Part shown: positions 45,675 through 56,771 of the stretch, piece after piece
Layout of the letters: every line of letters begins with the position of its first letter
Position numbering within the stretch: position 1 is the stretch's first letter
Source: an uncultured Clostridia bacterium
GTDB lineage: Bacteria > Bacillota > Clostridia > Christensenellales > Borkfalkiaceae
Assembly (NCBI GenBank): GCA_944363645.1
Contig: CALVUR010000005.1
Coordinates: 31,273-95,272 of the forward strand
Length of the DNA: 64,000 nucleotides
Direction of reading: 5' to 3'
Made by a program: the position numbers and the translations under genes
The notes under the pieces: model-generated
The model's input: only the letters and a program-made list of their open reading frames with translations
Database searches by the model: none
Told to the model about the DNA's origin: nothing

Positions 45675-46974
45675 TTATTAACTCCGTTATTGATTTTATT
45701 TTGTCTAAAGCCCGTTGCGATAAAAAGCGTTTTTTCTCTTTTTTATCACGCATGCGCCCTATTGGACTTAATATGCCATAGTTTGCATTCATGGGCTGGA
45801 AGTCTTCGGTTTTTGTGGAACAATGTTTTGCCAACGCACCCATTATTGTTTGGTCAGTAAAATCTATATCAGGTTTACCGTTTAATCTTCTGTCTAATGA
45901 GATTGCTGAAAGTAACCCCGAAGCGATAGATTCAACATAGCCTTCTACCCCCGTAATTTGACCTGCAAAATAGGTGTAGGGCTTGCCGATTACTGAAAAA
46001 CAATTATCCAAAATGCCGGGCGAACTTAAATAAGTGTTTCTGTGCATTACTCCGTAACGCAAAAATTCGGCATTTTTAAGGGCTGGGAAGATGGAAAATA
46101 CCCTTTTTTGTTCGCCCCAAAGTAAGTTGGTTTGGAAGCCAACAATGTTGTACATAGTACCTTGCTCGTTTTCCTTTCTAAGTTGCATACAAGCGTACGG
46201 CCAGCGACCTGTTTTAGGATCGGTTAAGCCAACGGGCTTTAATGGACCGAACCTTAAAGTATCACGCCCACGCATTGCCATAATTTCGACGGGCATACAG
46301 CCTTCAAACACTTGCGTTTTTTCAAAGCCATGTTTTTCCGCAGTTTTAGCGGTAATTAACTCATCGTAAAACTTATCATAATCTTCTTTATCGATAGGAC
46401 AATTTATATAATCGCCAACGCCTTCTTCGCCATATCTATCGCTGATAAAAGCGTTTTCCATATCGATTGAATCGGCTGAAACAATGGGTGCTGCTGCATC
46501 GTAAAAGTACAATCCGCCGGCAATATTTTCTTTGATAAAATTGGAAAGTGCGTCTGTTGTGAGCGGACCTGTAGCAATAATTGTTGGTGTGTCAAAATCT
46601 ATTGACGTAACTTCTTTTGAGCAAATGGTAATGTTTTTTTGCGACTTTAAATTTTGGGTAATTAGACTTGCAAACTTTTCCCTATCGACAGCAAGTGCGT
46701 TGCCTGCCGGGACTTTAGTTTTATCGGCGCAATCGATAACCATTGAGCCTAAAAGCCTTAATTCTTCCTTTAATAAGCCACAAGCATTGCCATAAACATC
46801 GTTACTTTTTAAGGAATTTGAACATACTAATTCGCCAAAATTTGCGTTTTGATGTGCAGGTGTAAACGCATTTGGCTTTATATCGTAAAGGGTAACTTGA
46901 TGCCCCCTTTTTGATAGATAGTAAGCGGCTTCAGAGCCTGCTAAACCGCCGCCTATAACATTAATTTTTGACAT
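45667..46974 (-). CDS. trmFO: Methylenetetrahydrofolate--tRNA-(uracil-5-)-methyltransferase TrmFO
   Basis: [17 protein letters not shown]... 435 aa, in the conserved position after topA. Confidence 0.9.
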   Translation of the reverse strand: MSKINVIGGGLAGSEAAYYLSKRGHQVTLYDIKPNAFTPAHQNANFGELVCSNSLKSNDVYGNACGLLKEELRLLGSMVIDCADKTKVPAGNALAVDREKFASLITQNLKSQKNITICSKEVTSIDFDTPTIIATGPLTTDALSNFIKENIAGGLYFYDAAAPIVSADSIDMENAFISDRYGEEGVGDYINCPIDKEDYDKFYDELITAKTAEKHGFEKTQVFEGCMPVEIMAMRGRDTLRFGPLKPVGLTDPKTGRWPYACMQLRKENEQGTMYNIVGFQTNLLWGEQKRVFSIFPALKNAEFLRYGVMHRNTYLSSPGILDNCFSVIGKPYTYFAGQITGVEGYVESIASGLLSAISLDRRLNGKPDIDFTDQTIMGALAKHCSTKTEDFQPMNANYGILSPIGRMRDKKEKKRFLSQRALDKIKSITELINE

Positions 46975-49246
46975 TTTCTAAAGTGTAATCACAGTCTTTA
47001 TTTGAACAGCGAATGTTTTTGCCGTCCTTTGTAACTACTAAATAATTTGAACATTTTGGACATTTTTCGCCCGTTGGTAAATCCCAACTCATGAACTTAC
47101 AATCTGGGTAACCTGAGCAACCATAGAAAGTCTTACCAGACTTTGAAGTCATTTTTTGTGTTGGGCGACCGCATTCTGGGCAAACACCCATTTTTTCGGT
47201 AATTGACTTGGTGTTTTGGCAGTTTTCGCATTGTAAATATTTACCAAACTTACCCGTTTTAATTGTCATACTTCCACCGCATTTTTCGCATTTTTCGGTG
47301 GCTATTTCTTCGTTTAATGCCTTAATATTTGAGCATTTTGGATAGTTTGGACAAGCCAAAAATTTACCGTATTTACCCGTTTTATAAACCATCAATGCAC
47401 CACATTTATCGCAAACGACATCTGAAACTTCTTCATTTTCAGACTTAATGTTGGAACATTGTGGATAGTTTGAACATGCTAAAAATTTACCAAACTTACC
47501 TTTCTTTCTAACCATTGGTGCACCGCATTTATCACATTTAATATCGGTAACTTCGTCGCCGTCAGCAAGCGCACTTTTAAGTTGTTCAGAAAAGCCCGGA
47601 TAAAAGTCTGCAATAAGTTGATGCCAATCTTTACCGCCATTTTCAATGTCGTCAAGTTGGTCTTCCATATTTGCAGTAAACGATACATCCATTACTTCTG
47701 GGAAGTATTTAATAAGTACATCGGTCATTTCAAATGCGATTGGGGTGGGAACGATATACCTATTTTCCTTTTTGGTGTATTTGCGTTTTGACAAAACGGC
47801 GATTATGCTTGAATAGGTGCTTGGTCTACCGATACCCTTATCTTCCATTGCCTTTACCAAAGTGGCATCTGTGTATCTTACGGGTGGTTTTGTAAACATC
47901 TGTTCTTTTTCAATCTTTTCCGTTTTAAGGTTTTCGCCTTCGGTTAAAACAGGAATGTTTTTTGCGACAACGATATCGTCATCAACAGTCTTTGTATAAT
48001 CGTCATAAACTGCGGTAAAGCCTTTAAATAAAACCGTTCTTCCGCTTGTTTTAAAGGTGTATTCGTCTACATCTACGGCGATATTTACCTGTTCATATTG
48101 GGCTTCTGCCATTTGTGAAGCGATAAATCTTTCGTAAATAAGTTTATATACGCCATAATGATTTTTATCAAGCAATTTTTTTGCTTCTTGTGGTGTCAAA
48201 CTTAAATCGATTGGTCTAATTGCTTCGTGTGCATCTTGTGCAGATTTTTTGGACTTATATACATTTGGTTTTGCTGGAATATACTTGTCGCCATACTTGT
48301 TTTTAATGTACGCCAACGCTTCGTCTTGGGCCTCTTTTGCAACACGAACAGAGTCCGTTCTTATATAAGTTACGAACGCAATATGACCTTGTGGGGTGTC
48401 AACGCCTTCGTATAAATATTGTGCAATAGACATAACCTGTGGCGAAGATAAGCCAAGTTTTGCTGATGCATCTTGTTGAAGTGTACTTGTTGTAAATGGT
48501 GGAAGTGCATGCGCTTTTGTCAAAGTCTTTTTAATTTCGCCAACTTTTGCTTGACCTTTTACAACCTTGTCATAAACTTCTTGCGCTTCTTTTTCACATG
48601 ATGGGCGGAATTTTTGTCCAGACTTTTCTGTAAGTAATGCTTTAAATGTTTGTTTGTTTGTGGAAAATTCACCGTAAATATTCCAATATTCCTTTGGAAT
48701 AAATGCTTGAATTTCACGTTCTTTTTCGACAACAAGCCTTAAAGCAACAGATTGAACCCTACCAGCAGATAAGCCGTCCTTGATTTTTTTGCACAAAAAC
48801 GGACTTAATTTGTAACCTACAAGCCTGTCTAATACACGGCGTGCTTGTTGGGAATCAACTAAATTGTAGTTTATATCACGTGGGTTTGCTAATGCGTTTT
48901 TAACTGCTTTTTCACTGATTTCGTTAAAAACAATTCTTTGCGATTTGCCTTTTAAGTTGAGTACTTCCTGTAAGTGCCAAGAAATTGCTTCACCTTCACG
49001 GTCAGGGTCGGTCGCAAGATAAACTTTTTCGCTTTTATCGCATTTGTCTTGTAAACGTTTTATGCAAGCACGCTTATCAGCAGTGATTACATAATTTGGC
49101 TCAAAATTATCGCTTACATTTACACCTAAACGCTTTTCGGGTAAGTCCCTTACATGACCGCCACTGGCGTCTACTTTGATTTTACCACCAAGGTATTTTT
49201 CAATAGTTTTTGCCTTTGATGGTGATTCCACAATGATTAGTTGCAT
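46961..49246 (-). CDS. topA: DNA topoisomerase I with five C-terminal zinc ribbons
   Basis: Toprim MQLIIVESPSKAKTIEKYLG, an active-site Tyr region, and five CxxC...CxxC repeats. Confidence 0.93.
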   Translation of the reverse strand: MQLIIVESPSKAKTIEKYLGGKIKVDASGGHVRDLPEKRLGVNVSDNFEPNYVITADKRACIKRLQDKCDKSEKVYLATDPDREGEAISWHLQEVLNLKGKSQRIVFNEISEKAVKNALANPRDINYNLVDSQQARRVLDRLVGYKLSPFLCKKIKDGLSAGRVQSVALRLVVEKEREIQAFIPKEYWNIYGEFSTNKQTFKALLTEKSGQKFRPSCEKEAQEVYDKVVKGQAKVGEIKKTLTKAHALPPFTTSTLQQDASAKLGLSSPQVMSIAQYLYEGVDTPQGHIAFVTYIRTDSVRVAKEAQDEALAYIKNKYGDKYIPAKPNVYKSKKSAQDAHEAIRPIDLSLTPQEAKKLLDKNHYGVYKLIYERFIASQMAEAQYEQVNIAVDVDEYTFKTSGRTVLFKGFTAVYDDYTKTVDDDIVVAKNIPVLTEGENLKTEKIEKEQMFTKPPVRYTDATLVKAMEDKGIGRPSTYSSIIAVLSKRKYTKKENRYIVPTPIAFEMTDVLIKYFPEVMDVSFTANMEDQLDDIENGGKDWHQLIADFYPGFSEQLKSALADGDEVTDIKCDKCGAPMVRKKGKFGKFLACSNYPQCSNIKSENEEVSDVVCDKCGALMVYKTGKYGKFLACPNYPKCSNIKALNEEIATEKCEKCGGSMTIKTGKFGKYLQCENCQNTKSITEKMGVCPECGRPTQKMTSKSGKTFYGCSGYPDCKFMSWDLPTGEKCPKCSNYLVVTKDGKNIRCSNKDCDYTLENVKN

Positions 49247-49360
49247 ATTACTCCTTGTATATATAAAAATTCTTTTTTACAGTTAGATTTGGTAACAATT
49301 TTTTAAAAATCAACATTTTAGTGGCATACATGTGTGAGTTTTAGCCACTTTTTGCCCTTT

Positions 49361-50443
49361 TTACTTTTTAACAGGTTTATATTTGTTACCGGGAAGTTTT
49401 ACAATTAGCCCTTGTATTTCAAGCGAAGAAAGTGCTGGGGCTATTTCGAAAAACTTAATATTATTTTCAAGACAATATTTTGTCATATCTTCTTGTCCAG
49501 ATGCGATGGCTTGGTAAATTTTTAACTCGTCTTCGTCTAAATCAATAATTTCTTCTTCCTTCGCCATTTGAACGCCAAGTTCTTCAAAAATATCCATAAC
49601 ATCGTCGCACAAAGTTGCGCCGTGCTTTATCAAATCATTACATAATTCCCCTGACGAAATGCCTACTGAATATGGAAAAGCAAACACTTGCTTGCCATAA
49701 TTTAACGCAAAATCGGCAGTGTGGCGTGCGCCACTTGTTTTACTTCCGCTTGCAATAAGTACACCGTCGCCAAGCCCTGCGATAATTCTGTTTCTTACCG
49801 GAAACATCCAAAACTGTGGTGCAATGTGGGGCGGTTGCTCGCTTATGATAAGACCATTTTTGGCGATTTTTTCAATAAGCGACTTATTACATTCAGGGTA
49901 AATATGATCCATACCGCCAGCCAAAACGCTGATTACATTACCGCTTGCAAGTGCTGAAGAAATTGCAGTTTTATCTGCACCGGTTGCACTGCCAGATACG
50001 ATAACTACGCCCGATTTTGAAAGTTTTTCAGTAAAATCTTTAAGCAAACTGTCGGCATATGCAAGTGTCTTTCTTGAGCCGACTGCGGCAAAGGTTTTTT
50101 TCGCATTTAAAAGTTCAATTTTGCCCTTACAATATAGGACAAGTGGCGGGGTGTCTATGTTTTTTAGCCTTTCGGGGTAATTTTTTGAGTAAATTGTAAC
50201 AGCACAAACACCTTGTTTTTCTAAATCGTTTACCGTCTTTTGTATGTAGCCTTCTTGAAGTGAAAGCATGATAGTTTTTGCCTTGCTTTCACTAAAAACG
50301 GATAGTAAATATTGTTTAATTTTATCCTTGCTTTCGAGCGGATAATCGTTAAATAAGGAAAGAATTTTTGCCTCGTGCTTATACTCAAGCCCGTCAAGTG
50401 AATTAACCGCCAAAAGTTTACGCTCTATATCTAAGTAAGTCAT
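49361..50443 (-). CDS. dprA: DNA-processing protein DprA
   Basis: Rossmann-like core ...VVIVSGSATGADKTA... 360 aa, located upstream of topA. Confidence 0.88.
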   Translation of the reverse strand: MTYLDIERKLLAVNSLDGLEYKHEAKILSLFNDYPLESKDKIKQYLLSVFSESKAKTIMLSLQEGYIQKTVNDLEKQGVCAVTIYSKNYPERLKNIDTPPLVLYCKGKIELLNAKKTFAAVGSRKTLAYADSLLKDFTEKLSKSGVVIVSGSATGADKTAISSALASGNVISVLAGGMDHIYPECNKSLIEKIAKNGLIISEQPPHIAPQFWMFPVRNRIIAGLGDGVLIASGSKTSGARHTADFALNYGKQVFAFPYSVGISSGELCNDLIKHGATLCDDVMDIFEELGVQMAKEEEIIDLDEDELKIYQAIASGQEDMTKYCLENNIKFFEIAPALSSLEIQGLIVKLPGNKYKPVKK

Positions 50444-50447
50444 AATT

Positions 50448-51971
50448 TTACTGTTCTGTTACATCAAAACTTCTGTAACTTATTGCTTCTAAAAGATGTT
50501 TTTTCTGTATTTGTTCGGAATAGTCAAGGTCGGCAATGGTGCGTGCAACCTTTAAAATTCTGCTTCTTCCCCTTGCAGATAGGCGCAATGCCTCAAACGA
50601 TTTTTTGAAAAGTTGTTCGTCTTCACTTGATAATTGACAATACTTTTTAAGTTCACGCTCGCCCATTTCGGCATTAGTCCTTATACCGTCTTCACGGAAA
50701 CGTTCACGCTGAATTTTGCGTGCAATGTTTACCCTTTGACGAACATTTTTAGAGGGCTCTTCAGTATCCGTGGAAACAAGGTCGTCATACTTTACATTAT
50801 CAACATGAATTTGCAAATCGATTCTGTCAAGCAATGGACCAGAGATTCTTGCACGATATTTTCTTATTTGGGAATCTGAACATTTACATTCTGCATTTTC
50901 CGAGCCGTAATTGCCACAAGGACATGGGTTCATACTTGCACAAAGCATAAACCTTGCAGGATAGTTATTACTGCCCTTTGCCCTTGATACGGTAATTACG
51001 CCGTCTTCTATGGGCTGACGCAAACATTCTAAAACGCTTCTTGGGTATTCGGGCATTTCGTCCAAAAACAAAACACCGTTGTTTGCCAAACTTACAAGCC
51101 CCGGAAGTGCATTACCGCTACCGCCGATTAACGCAACACGTGTTGCCGTGTGGTGGGGGCAAATGAAAGGTCTTATCTTAACAATACCGTCTTGGGTTGA
51201 CAAACTGCCCACTACCGAGTGGATGGCTGTTGTTTCCAAAACTTCGTCAAAAGTCATGTCGGGCATGATTGACGGAATACATTTTGCAAGCATGGTTTTA
51301 CCAGCACCGGGTGCGCCAACCATTAAAATGTTGTGCCCGCCCGATACGGCGATTTCAAGCGCACGTTTTGCGATAAATTGACCTTTTACATACTTTAAAT
51401 CGTTTCTATATTCTTCTTCTTTTGGGGCGACAAAGGTCTTTGGAATGGTTGGTGTAACCTTTTCACCTTTGAAGTAATTTACTGCCTCATTTAGGTTTGA
51501 AACGGCAATAATTTCTATGCCGTCAACATATGATGCTTCTTCTTCATTAGCCTTGGGGATAATTACCGTTTTATACCCCATTGCTTTTGCGGATAAACAA
51601 ATGGGAAGTACGCCCGTAACAGACCTTACTGCACCGTCTAAAGAAAGTTCGCCTAAAACTACAGTTTTATCTACAGGGACTTCCATACCCGCTTCGGTCG
51701 CACGGATAAGAGAAAGTGCGATTGCTAAGTCAAGTTTAGAACCTTCTTTTTTAATGTCAGCAGGTGCTAAATTGACGGTAATAACCGCAACGGGAAAACT
51801 CTTCCCAGAATTTTTAATCGCAGCACGCACCCTTTCTTTGGATTCCTTTACCGCTGTGTCGGGTAAACCAACTATGTCAAACTTGGGCATCCCACGTGAA
51901 ATGTCTACTTCGACATCGACCGGCAAGCCTTCCAACCCCTGTAAGGTGTAACTTGTGATTTTTGATAACAT
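50448..51971 (-). CDS. comM: YifB/ComM-family Mg-chelatase-like AAA+ ATPase
   Basis: Lon-like N-domain, Walker A GAPGAGKTM, and a Cys cluster CPCGNYGSENAECKC. Confidence 0.9.
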   Translation of the reverse strand: MLSKITSYTLQGLEGLPVDVEVDISRGMPKFDIVGLPDTAVKESKERVRAAIKNSGKSFPVAVITVNLAPADIKKEGSKLDLAIALSLIRATEAGMEVPVDKTVVLGELSLDGAVRSVTGVLPICLSAKAMGYKTVIIPKANEEEASYVDGIEIIAVSNLNEAVNYFKGEKVTPTIPKTFVAPKEEEYRNDLKYVKGQFIAKRALEIAVSGGHNILMVGAPGAGKTMLAKCIPSIMPDMTFDEVLETTAIHSVVGSLSTQDGIVKIRPFICPHHTATRVALIGGSGNALPGLVSLANNGVLFLDEMPEYPRSVLECLRQPIEDGVITVSRAKGSNNYPARFMLCASMNPCPCGNYGSENAECKCSDSQIRKYRARISGPLLDRIDLQIHVDNVKYDDLVSTDTEEPSKNVRQRVNIARKIQRERFREDGIRTNAEMGERELKKYCQLSSEDEQLFKKSFEALRLSARGRSRILKVARTIADLDYSEQIQKKHLLEAISYRSFDVTEQ

Positions 51972-52386
51972 ACTTTCCCTCTTAATTGTTTCTTTTGATT
52001 ATACTTTATCTGCGTAAATCAACTTTTGGGCGTAAATTTGACTGCTTTAGCCTTTCAAAAATTAAATTCCGCTACAATTTATAATGCAACAATTTTGAAA
52101 AGTTGTCAACAATTTTTCGCCCATTATTTATATATATATTATTATCGCTTGAATTTTACACTTTTTTCACAATTTTAAACAAAAACTTTACTTTTAGAAC
52201 ATTTTTTGCACACTTTAGCGGGTAAAACAAACAAAGTTTTATTTGCTACTTATTTTTTTGTGCCATTTTAGGTTTTTAGCGTTATAAATTTGTTAAATTT
52301 TGGGTAAGTTTTGGGCTTTAATGTAGTATTTTTTGTTTAGTTGGTAATTTTTGCATATAAATTTTTTCAATTCGCAAAATATACGT

Positions 52387-53073
52387 ATGCTGATTATTTT
52401 TATTAGGGCGATTATTATTTTTGTTACCCTTGTTGTCATTATGCGACTTATGGGGAAGCGACAAATTGGCGAAATGCAACCATTTGAATTTATCATTACC
52501 CTTTTGATTGCCGAACTTGCATGTGTGCCGATGACAGACGTTTCTATCCCCCTTGTTTACGGTGTTGTTTCAATAATTGCAGTCTTTATTTTGCATCAAA
52601 TTTTGACCATTTTAGAGCAGTCAAGTCAGCGTTTTAAAAGCGTTATTGACGGAAAGCCTGCTGTGGTAATAAACAAACGTGGCGTTGATATTAAAGAGTT
52701 AAAGAAAAACAACATGGATGTAAGTGATTTATTAGAATCATTACGCACAACAGGAAACTTTTCTTTAGACTCTGTACATTATGCAATTTACGAATCAAAC
52801 GGCAAACTTTCGGTACTTAAAAGCGAGCAAAAAGATGCAAGTAATCAACTGCCGTTACTGCTTGTTTATGAAGGAAAGTTTGACAAAAATAATTACAAAC
52901 TTCTGAAGTTAAGCGATAAAATTTTTGACAATTTTTTAAAACAAAATAACATTAAAAGTTTAAAAAGCATTGATATTTTAACTGTGGCATCAAGTGGTGA
53001 ATGTTATCTGCAACTTAAAAACATGCCCTATAAAAAAGTGCATTTTGATTTTAGCGAGGATGTCAAATGGTAA
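52387..53073 (+). CDS. DUF421 (YetF-like) membrane protein
   Basis: The track ORF starts at TTG 52351; ATG 52387 (MLIIFIRAIIIF..MRLMGKRQIGEMQPFEF) is the more likely start. Confidence 0.75.
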   Translation: MLIIFIRAIIIFVTLVVIMRLMGKRQIGEMQPFEFIITLLIAELACVPMTDVSIPLVYGVVSIIAVFILHQILTILEQSSQRFKSVIDGKPAVVINKRGVDIKELKKNNMDVSDLLESLRTTGNFSLDSVHYAIYESNGKLSVLKSEQKDASNQLPLLLVYEGKFDKNNYKLLKLSDKIFDNFLKQNNIKSLKSIDILTVASSGECYLQLKNMPYKKVHFDFSEDVKW

Positions 53074-53444
53074 AGTCTATTATTACGGTAATTATCGCAA
53101 CATTTATAGTTGTTTTTGGTGCGTTTTTGGAAAGTGTAAGCCTTAATAAAACCTTTGACGAAATGATTATTTGCATTGACCAAATAGACCTAAAACTTGA
53201 AGATGAAGTTTGCACAACCGACGATATTTTATCCCTTCAAACGCTTTGGATAGAGTCAAAAAAACACCTTCACATATATATCCCACACACCGAAATAAAA
53301 GAACTTGATCTTTGGATAAGTGAATGCGTAATGAGTGTAAAACTTGAAAAATTTGACGAAGCAAGGATAAAACTTGAAGTTGTAAAAGAACTTTGCGAAC
53401 AAATACCAAAAACCTTTAATGTCAAGGTGGAAAACCTGTTTTAA
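53067..53444 (+). CDS. DUF4363-family protein
   Basis: 125 aa with an N-terminal TM helix and ending ...VENLF. Overlaps the DUF421 gene by 7 nt. This pairing is common in Clostridia. Confidence 0.65.
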   Translation: MVKSIITVIIATFIVVFGAFLESVSLNKTFDEMIICIDQIDLKLEDEVCTTDDILSLQTLWIESKKHLHIYIPHTEIKELDLWISECVMSVKLEKFDEARIKLEVVKELCEQIPKTFNVKVENLF

Positions 53445-53449
53445 AAGGC

Positions 53450-53487
53450 AAAAAAGTGGCGATAACGGGCTTATAGGCGGACTTTTT
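53450..53487 (-). repeat. Dispersed repeat copy 5 (orientation B)
   Basis: aaaaaaGTGGCGATAACGGGCTTATAGGCGGACttttt. Confidence 0.9.
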
Positions 53488-53572
53488 GTCATTTTTTACA
53501 CTTTGTTTTTTAAATTTTTTATTTGTTTTTTATCATCTTTAAATTTTTTAAAATAACCGCTTAAAAATCATT

Positions 53573-53608
53573 AAAAAGTGGCGATAATCGACCTATAGGC
53601 GGACTTTT
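53573..53608 (-). repeat. Dispersed repeat copy 6 (orientation B, core subtype 2)
   Basis: aaaaaGTGGCGATAATCGACCTATAGGCGGACtttt. Confidence 0.9.
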
Positions 53609-53610
53609 AT

Positions 53611-53643
53611 AAAAAAACGACTACTTTTTAGTAGCCGTTTTTT
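53611..53643. terminator. Bidirectional terminator between DUF4363 gene and uvrA
   Basis: ACGACTAC-loop-GTAGCCGT (7 of 8 bp) flanked by A7 and T6. Confidence 0.6.
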
Positions 53644-53646
53644 AAA

Positions 53647-56478
53647 TTAGTCATTATTTTGACTATCTAATATTTTTTTAATAAATTGACCGGTATAACT
53701 TTGCTTAACTTTTGCAACTTCTTCTGGTGTGCCTTGTGCGACAATTTGTCCGCCACCGTTACCACCTTCTGGACCTAAGTCAATAATATAGTCAGCAATC
53801 TTTATAACATCAAGGTTATGTTCAATTACGACAATACTATTACCACCATCACGAAGTTTATAGAAAATGTCAATAAGTTTTGAAACGTCGTATGAATGTA
53901 AGCCTGTAGTTGGCTCGTCAAAAATATACAATGTTTTACCAGTCGAACGACGTGATAATTCGGTTGCAAGTTTTACCCTTTGAGCCTCGCCACCCGATAA
54001 CGTGGTGGCTGGTTGACCAAGTTTAATGTATCCTAAGCCAACGTCTTGCAAGCATTTTATCTTGTTATAAATACGTGGAATATTTTCAAAATATTCAACT
54101 GCTTCATCAACTGTCATATCAAGTACGTCGGCAATATTTTTGCCCTTATACTTAACTTGCAAAGTTTCCCTATTATATCGTTTACCCTTACATACTTCAC
54201 AAGGAACGAAAACATCGGGCAAAAAGTTCATAGGTATTTTAATGATACCATCGCCTTGACAATGCTCACACCTACCGCCCGATACATTGAAGGAAAATCT
54301 ACCCGTTTTATATCCCCTTTCTTTGGCGTCTGGGGTGGAAGCAAAAAGTTCACGAATGTAAGTGAAAACTTCGGTATAGGTTGCGCAGTTTGAGCGTGGA
54401 GTTCTGCCGATTGGCGACTGGTCAATGTTTATAACCTTATCAAAATACTCAATACCGCTTATGTCTTGACAGTATTCAAAACTGTCTTTTGAGTGATTGA
54501 TTTTTGCAATTACTGCCGGGTACAAAGTTTCATTTATCAAACTTGACTTACCACTACCCGAAACGCCAGTGATCGCACAAATTAAACCAACAGGAATTTT
54601 TACATCTATATTTTTAAGGTTGTTGCGTTTTGCGCCCTTTACAACCAAAAATCTTCCGTCAACAGGCTGTCTAATTTTTGGAACTTCGATTTTTCTTCTT
54701 CCAGCCAAATAGTCCCCTGTTATGGAATTTTTATTTTGAGCAATTTCGCTTGGTGCGCCGATTGCAACAACTTGACCACCGTTTACGCCAGCCTTTGGAC
54801 CGATGTCAACGACAAAGTCGGCAGAACGAATTGTATCTTCGTCGTGTTCTACAACGATTAGTGTATTGCCGATATCACGCAAGTTTTTTAAAGTTGCTAA
54901 AAGTTTTTCGTTATCACGCTGATGAAGCCCGATTGACGGCTCGTCCAAAATGTAAAGCACACCTGTTAAACCGCTACCGATTTGAGTTGCAAGCCTTATG
55001 CGTTGTGATTCGCCACCCGACAATGTACTTGCTGAGCGTGATAAGGTTAAGTAGTCAAGACCAACATTTATCAAGAAGTTTAGTCTTGCCTTTATTTCCT
55101 TTAAAATGGGCGTTGCAATAATTTGTTCGCTTTCGCTAAGCGTAAGACTTTCAACATGACTTTGAATGCCTGTAATTGACAAATTGCAAAGTTGATCAAT
55201 ATTAAGTCCGCCAACGGTAACTGAAAGTGCTTTATCGGTCAATCTTTTGCCGTGGCACTTTGGACAAGGCGTGATTACCATGTACTTTTCAAGTTCGCTT
55301 TTAATGTACTCGCTTGTTGTTTCTTTGTATCGCCTTTCCAAATTATTGATAACACCTTCAAAGCGTGCCATAAATTTGCCAGAAGATGTACGTGTTGCGT
55401 AAGTTATCTCGATTTTTTCATCGCCGTTACCGTAAAGCAAAATGTTTAAGATTTCGGGCGGTAAATCTTTTACAGGCGTGTCTAAACTAAAACCATAACG
55501 CTTTGATAATGCCCTAAACATCATCTCGCTCATTTTGCCTGTATCCATGTTCCAACCGTTAATGGTTAATGCGCCTTCTTTTAAACTTTTATTCCAGTCC
55601 TTTACGACCTTGTTTACATCGAAAGTTTCACGGTATCCTAAACCGCTACATTCAGGGCAAGCACCAAAAGGATTATTGAAGGAAAACAGCCTTGGTTCTA
55701 ACTCTTCAATGTTGATATTACAGTCGGGGCAAGCGTATTTAGTTGAATACGTGGTCGCCTCATTATCACACTCAACCATTACTAAACCATCTGCAAGTTT
55801 GACTGCTGTTTCAATGGAATCTGATAAACGCTTGTCAATACCTTCCTTAATAACAAGCCTATCTACGACAAGATTTATGTTGTGTTTTATGTTTTTTTCA
55901 AGTTTAATTTCTTCAGTAAGTTCGTGAATTTCGCCATCGATTTCTGCCCTGACAAAACCGCTTTTTTTGTAATTTTCAAGTTCGGTTTTAAACTCGCCTT
56001 TTCTACCCCTTACGACGGGGGCGTTAATTAAAATACGACTTCTTTCGGGTAACAACTTAATTTTATCAACAATTTGGTCAACCGTTTGTTTTGAGATGGA
56101 TTTACCGCATTTTGGACAGTGCGGAACACCAATTCTTGCGTAAAGTAACCTCAAATAATCGTAAATTTCGGTTACTGTACCGACAGTTGAACGGGGGTTG
56201 TTGTTAGTGGTTTTTTGGTCTATCGCAATAGCGGGTGAAAGCCCGTCAATACGCTCTACATCGGGTTTTTGCATTTGCCCTAAAAACATCCTTGCGTAAC
56301 TTGACAAACTTTCCATATACCTACGCTGACCTTCGGCAAAAATGGTGTCAAATGCCAAAGTAGATTTACCGCTGCCAGATAGCCCGGTAAAGACCACTAA
56401 TTTTTCTCTTGGTATATCTAAATCGATATTTTTTAAGTTGTTTTCTTTTGCACCACGGATTGTAATATAATTTTTCAT
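53647..56478 (-). CDS. uvrA: Excinuclease ABC subunit A
   Basis: 943 aa. Two ABC modules ([18 protein letters not shown]) and zinc-finger Cys pairs. Confidence 0.95.
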   Translation of the reverse strand: MKNYITIRGAKENNLKNIDLDIPREKLVVFTGLSGSGKSTLAFDTIFAEGQRRYMESLSSYARMFLGQMQKPDVERIDGLSPAIAIDQKTTNNNPRSTVGTVTEIYDYLRLLYARIGVPHCPKCGKSISKQTVDQIVDKIKLLPERSRILINAPVVRGRKGEFKTELENYKKSGFVRAEIDGEIHELTEEIKLEKNIKHNINLVVDRLVIKEGIDKRLSDSIETAVKLADGLVMVECDNEATTYSTKYACPDCNINIEELEPRLFSFNNPFGACPECSGLGYRETFDVNKVVKDWNKSLKEGALTINGWNMDTGKMSEMMFRALSKRYGFSLDTPVKDLPPEILNILLYGNGDEKIEITYATRTSSGKFMARFEGVINNLERRYKETTSEYIKSELEKYMVITPCPKCHGKRLTDKALSVTVGGLNIDQLCNLSITGIQSHVESLTLSESEQIIATPILKEIKARLNFLINVGLDYLTLSRSASTLSGGESQRIRLATQIGSGLTGVLYILDEPSIGLHQRDNEKLLATLKNLRDIGNTLIVVEHDEDTIRSADFVVDIGPKAGVNGGQVVAIGAPSEIAQNKNSITGDYLAGRRKIEVPKIRQPVDGRFLVVKGAKRNNLKNIDVKIPVGLICAITGVSGSGKSSLINETLYPAVIAKINHSKDSFEYCQDISGIEYFDKVINIDQSPIGRTPRSNCATYTEVFTYIRELFASTPDAKERGYKTGRFSFNVSGGRCEHCQGDGIIKIPMNFLPDVFVPCEVCKGKRYNRETLQVKYKGKNIADVLDMTVDEAVEYFENIPRIYNKIKCLQDVGLGYIKLGQPATTLSGGEAQRVKLATELSRRSTGKTLYIFDEPTTGLHSYDVSKLIDIFYKLRDGGNSIVVIEHNLDVIKIADYIIDLGPEGGNGGGQIVAQGTPEEVAKVKQSYTGQFIKKILDSQNND

Positions 56479-56702
56479 ATACCTAAATTTGTAAAATCAA
56501 TTGAAAATTTTGTTAAAAATAGTGCGTTTTCAACTACGTATAGGCACTAAATTTGTTTTTTGATTATTTTTTGCTTTTGTAAAATTTGATTATTTACAAA
56601 AAAATTTATTAAAATTTTAACTTTTTTTTATAATAATTGATATAATTTTTAATAATAGACAAAAAATTACAATTTTTGTTGATTTTTAATACTAAAAACA
56701 TT

Positions 56703-56740
56703 AAAAAATGCTTGATAACGGGCTTATAGCCCCACTTTTT
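56703..56740 (-). repeat. Dispersed repeat copy 7 (orientation B)
   Basis: aaaaaaTGCTTGATAACGGGCTTATAGCCCCACttttt, 32 nt after the uvrB stop. Confidence 0.85.
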
Positions 56741-56771
56741 ATATTTTTGAACTAAAAAATTTAATCAAAAA